The notes under the pieces: model-generated | What the model saw: only the letters and a program-made list of their open reading frames with translations | Databases searched by the model: none | Told to the model about the DNA's origin: nothing | Translations under genes and position numbers: made by a program | Origin: Candidatus Bathyarchaeota archaeon | Lineage (GTDB): Archaea; Thermoproteota; Bathyarchaeia; Bathyarchaeales; Bathycorpusculaceae | Assembly: GCA_963707955.1 (NCBI GenBank) | Contig: OY970176.1 | Coordinates: forward strand, 672,001 to 736,000 | Reading direction: 5' to 3' | Length of the DNA: 64,000 nt | Shown: in pieces, positions 61,137 through 64,000 of the stretch | Position numbering within the stretch: position 1 is the stretch's first letter | How the letters are laid out: the number at the start of each line of letters is the position of its first letter

Positions 61137-62423
61137 TTAGATTTTTCCAGTTGCCTTGTACTTGTCCAGTAGTTCTTGGGCTCTGTCCATTCGAATCTTA
61201 CGCTCTTCAACCATCTTCGCTGCGACTTTGTCGATGAGTTCGCCTGTGGCACCTGCCATTACAGCTATGTTTCTCGCGTGGAGTGACATGTGTCCACGCT
61301 GTATTCCTTCATTAGCCAATGCACGAAGAGCTCCGAGGTTCTGTGCCAGACCAACAGCCGCACATACCTCGCCGAACTCGTTGGCAGTCTTCACTCCTAG
61401 AATCTTGACGGCGATTCTCGCAATCGGATGAGTTTTAACGGCTCCTCCTATGAGGCCGACTGCCATAGGCAGTTCAATTGAGCCTACGAGGTCACCGTTC
61501 TCGTTTTTCTCCCATGTTGACAGCGACGTGTAGTGGCCGCTGACAGCTGCGTAGGCGTGGGCCCCCGCTTCGATTGCGCGGTGGTCGTTGCCTGTTGCGA
61601 CTATCACGGCTATTATGCCGTTCATGATTCCCTTGTTGTGAGTCGCTGCACGGTATGGGTCTGCTGCTGCGAAGGCGTACGCGCTCACGATGGCGTCCAC
61701 GACTTCTTCGCCGCCCACGGATTTCTTCGGCACGACGCATGAGGCTCTGACCAAGCGTTTTGTCGCGAGGTTGGAGATTATTCGGAGGTAGACGCGTCCG
61801 CCTGTTATGCGTTCGATTAATGGCCCTACTGCTTCATTCATCGTGTTGACTGCGTTTGCTCCCATGGCGTCTCGGCAATCGACGTGCAGTTCGGTTATGA
61901 GCATGGGGCCTTGCGTGGTGCTGATTACTTTTGCGTCTAGGTCTCTTGCGCCGCCTCCGGCTGAGACCAGCACTGGGTCTTGGTCGTTGGCTTTTCTCAG
62001 GATTTCGTCTTTCGCTCGTATGACGCGCATCTTAGCGGCGTGGGGGTCTTTGATGCCTACGGCTTGTATTTGTCCGATCATGATGGGCGGTGTGCTGCTT
62101 GTGTGAAAGCCTCCTCCGTCCCTCACCATCTTCGCAGCGTAGCTCGCAGCTGCCACGACTGAAGGCTCTTCAATAGCCATGGGAATCAGGTAATCACGAT
62201 CGTTAATGAGGAAGTTGACGCCAATTCCCAGAGGTATCGGAATGGCGCCGACGACGTTTTCTATCATACGGTCAGCGAGGTCGAGAGGAAGAGAACCTGT
62301 GTTCTGCAGTAAAGCGGCTTCCTTCTCCGTCAGATCGGAGAATTCTTTAACAAACGCTAAGCGTTCTTTGGGACTCAGTTTGTAGAAGCCTGAAGCCAAG
62401 GATGATTTGTTCATACTTGCCAT
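61137..62423 (-). CDS. mvaA: HMG-CoA reductase, class II
   Basis: ENVVG, EEPSVVAAAS, DAMGAN, ISNL, THNKGIMNG, GND.RA.EAG, GIQRGHM.LH. Confidence 0.95.
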   Translation of the reverse strand: MASMNKSSLASGFYKLSPKERLAFVKEFSDLTEKEAALLQNTGSLPLDLADRMIENVVGAIPIPLGIGVNFLINDRDYLIPMAIEEPSVVAAASYAAKMVRDGGGFHTSSTPPIMIGQIQAVGIKDPHAAKMRVIRAKDEILRKANDQDPVLVSAGGGARDLDAKVISTTQGPMLITELHVDCRDAMGANAVNTMNEAVGPLIERITGGRVYLRIISNLATKRLVRASCVVPKKSVGGEEVVDAIVSAYAFAAADPYRAATHNKGIMNGIIAVIVATGNDHRAIEAGAHAYAAVSGHYTSLSTWEKNENGDLVGSIELPMAVGLIGGAVKTHPIARIAVKILGVKTANEFGEVCAAVGLAQNLGALRALANEGIQRGHMSLHARNIAVMAGATGELIDKVAAKMVEERKIRMDRAQELLDKYKATGKI

Positions 62424-62555
62424 CTTCTCCTCTTGTGCGATTCAAGACATGTTTACCATCGACCTTTAAAGCTTAGCGGAATTCAGGGTTTCTGTTGTTA
62501 ACCAGCCTGCGCGACAAGCTTGATTTTCCGCTTGGGTTGCAACTGTGTTCTATGG

Positions 62556-62909
62556 TCATTTGAGCATGTCTTCTGTTGGCTCTTCAAAGTAAGGTGGAAA
62601 CACCCATCTGCCGAAGAAGAACTCGTCAACGAAGACCAGTTTGTCTTCACTTATCCAAACGCAGGAGCATCTGTGCACGTTATCGAGCTTCGCCGAGGTG
62701 TCCAAATTGATGAGTCTGGCTAAAACAGAATGCAAGCCTTCGTGTTCCAACACGTTCAGCAGACTGTAAACCGTGAAGAATCCCCGTCGCCTGTGCCAGT
62801 AAACGTTGATGGTACTGAGCTCCAAACTGTCAACCCAGCCGCCTCCAAGAAAATCCCGACGCTTGGGATTCTTCAAGATTTCTCTTTCACTGGGAACTCT
62901 AACGTCCAT
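62556..62909 (-). CDS. Small hypothetical protein with HExxH motif
   Basis: VLEHEGLHSVL helix. Confidence 0.5.
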   Translation of the reverse strand: MDVRVPSEREILKNPKRRDFLGGGWVDSLELSTINVYWHRRRGFFTVYSLLNVLEHEGLHSVLARLINLDTSAKLDNVHRCSCVWISEDKLVFVDEFFFGRWVFPPYFEEPTEDMLK

Positions 62910-63007
62910 CGAACAGGCCTCCTTCGCTCAAGATACGCGGTTCTATAAAAATCCTCTCAACGTTGAGCGCGCTGGCTTGTCCCTAAATTCGCTGATAACG
63001 CATTTTC

Positions 63008-63046
63008 AAAAGCATATACAAAAAGCATATACATTTTGCATATACA
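63008..63046. repeat. Three tandem 13-bp direct repeats
   Basis: AAAAGCATATACA AAAAGCATATACA TTTTGCATATACA. Confidence 0.8.
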
Positions 63047-63239
63047 GTTAACTAGATTGTTGAAGGCGCCTCGGGCTAAGGTTGCATACGGAGCTGTTTG
63101 GCATGTTCAAGGACTTGGCTTCTGAGGGTTGGTGGACGTTACGAACGCTTGTTGTCGCGCGCGCGTTCGATTGCATGGGTCAGACAGCATGACGAGATCC
63201 AATGTCCGTTTCCTTAAGGTCGCGCGAGTAGCTGATGTG

Positions 63240-63647
63240 CTAGATGGAAAAAACCATTACTTTTAGCAGCTTTACTCCTTTTTTGGGTGTCAGTTGATCT
63301 CTGAGTTTTTGAACTTCTTCAGCTTTGCCCTTGACGGCTATTGTCTCAAGGCAGTCTGTTTTGTTCAGGTGGATATGCATGGTTGAGCAGATGATGTGGG
63401 CAAAATTGTGTTGCACGTGGGTGAGTGCGGTCTCAAGCCCTTTGACTTCATGGTCATAGAGCATCATCAAGAGCCCTGCTTGATTTCCTGTTCCTTGTTG
63501 AAGCGGTTTTTTCTCGGCTACAAACATTCTGACTGCGTCCTGAACAGCTTTAGACCGATTCGCGTATCCCATTGTTGCAATTGTCTCGTCAAAATCTTCT
63601 AGCAAGTCAGGAGGGAACGTTACTCCTACACGCTTGATTTTGGTCAT
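63240..63647 (-). CDS. nikR: Nickel-responsive regulator NikR
   Basis: RHH strand RVGVT, GY.NRS.A, YDH, QH, HIHL...CLE. Confidence 0.92.
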   Translation of the reverse strand: MTKIKRVGVTFPPDLLEDFDETIATMGYANRSKAVQDAVRMFVAEKKPLQQGTGNQAGLLMMLYDHEVKGLETALTHVQHNFAHIICSTMHIHLNKTDCLETIAVKGKAEEVQKLRDQLTPKKGVKLLKVMVFSI

Positions 63648-63699
63648 GCTCTCACGAATAAGTTCTAGTGTGTTTATGAATAAAGTTTTTATGCAGACA

Positions 63700-63727
63700 G
63701 TGTTACTATTTCATAAAAAAGTGTTAC
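63700..63727. promoter_or_regulatory. Putative NikR operator
   Basis: GTGTTAC-N14-GTGTTAC between nikR and the divergent transporter gene. Confidence 0.5.
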
Positions 63728-63730
63728 CTA

Positions 63731-64000
63731 ATGAACAAAAAGGGTGAAAACACTTATTTTTCAGCAGTGGACGTTGCGTTGACAGCCGTCTTCAGTGCTC
63801 TTTGGATAGCCGTGAACTTGACTTTGGGACCTCTCAGTTTTAGTCTTACTCACCTTCCGGTACTACATGCTTTTGGAATTTTCTTCACATTGCTCCTCGT
63901 GGCATGGGTGACTGGACGGTTCGGCACGAGCTCGATGGCCGGCATAATAGGCACAATATTTGCGTTACTCTTAGGGGCTAATGCCTTAGTAGTTTGTTTT
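63731..64000 (+). CDS. ECF-transporter S-component-like membrane protein (partial, runs off the right edge)
   Basis: MNKKGENTYFSAVDVALTAVFSALW...GRFGTSSMAGIIG; divergent from nikR. Confidence 0.6.
   Translation, partial: MNKKGENTYFSAVDVALTAVFSALWIAVNLTLGPLSFSLTHLPVLHAFGIFFTLLLVAWVTGRFGTSSMAGIIGTIFALLLGANALVVCF

Overview
Chromosomal segment of a TACK archaeon, most likely Bathyarchaeia. This rests on the archaeal 16S sequence, TBP, RadA, Cdc6/Orc1, a Cren7-like protein and the gene repertoire; no database search was run. Most of the window is housekeeping: sugar metabolism (two PfkA-family kinases, class II FBP aldolase, GalT, glycogen debranching enzyme, TIM), molybdenum cofactor synthesis (moaA/B/C), tbp, pyrE, larA, two-subunit fumarase, radA, Rqc2/NEMF, tldD/tldE, Lhr, rnz, trm11, prs, class II HMG-CoA reductase and nikR. 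It also holds an SRP RNA and a stand-alone 16S rRNA gene. Several small genes below the ORF-track cutoff were read directly: desulforedoxin-like, Cren7-like, LEA-like and two micro-ORFs. The most striking unexplained signal is 16 perfect alternating (CG)n tracts of 8-10 bp, counted by eye. They avoid conserved coding sequence, sit exactly at the breakpoints of truncated genes (a thymidylate kinase remnant, a rolling-circle Rep remnant) and cut the accessory region 42.2-47.7 kb into single-gene segments. That region also carries a repeated ~110-bp non-coding element, MITE-like inverted repeats and IS remnants. Four single-base frameshifts in otherwise intact genes may be assembly errors.
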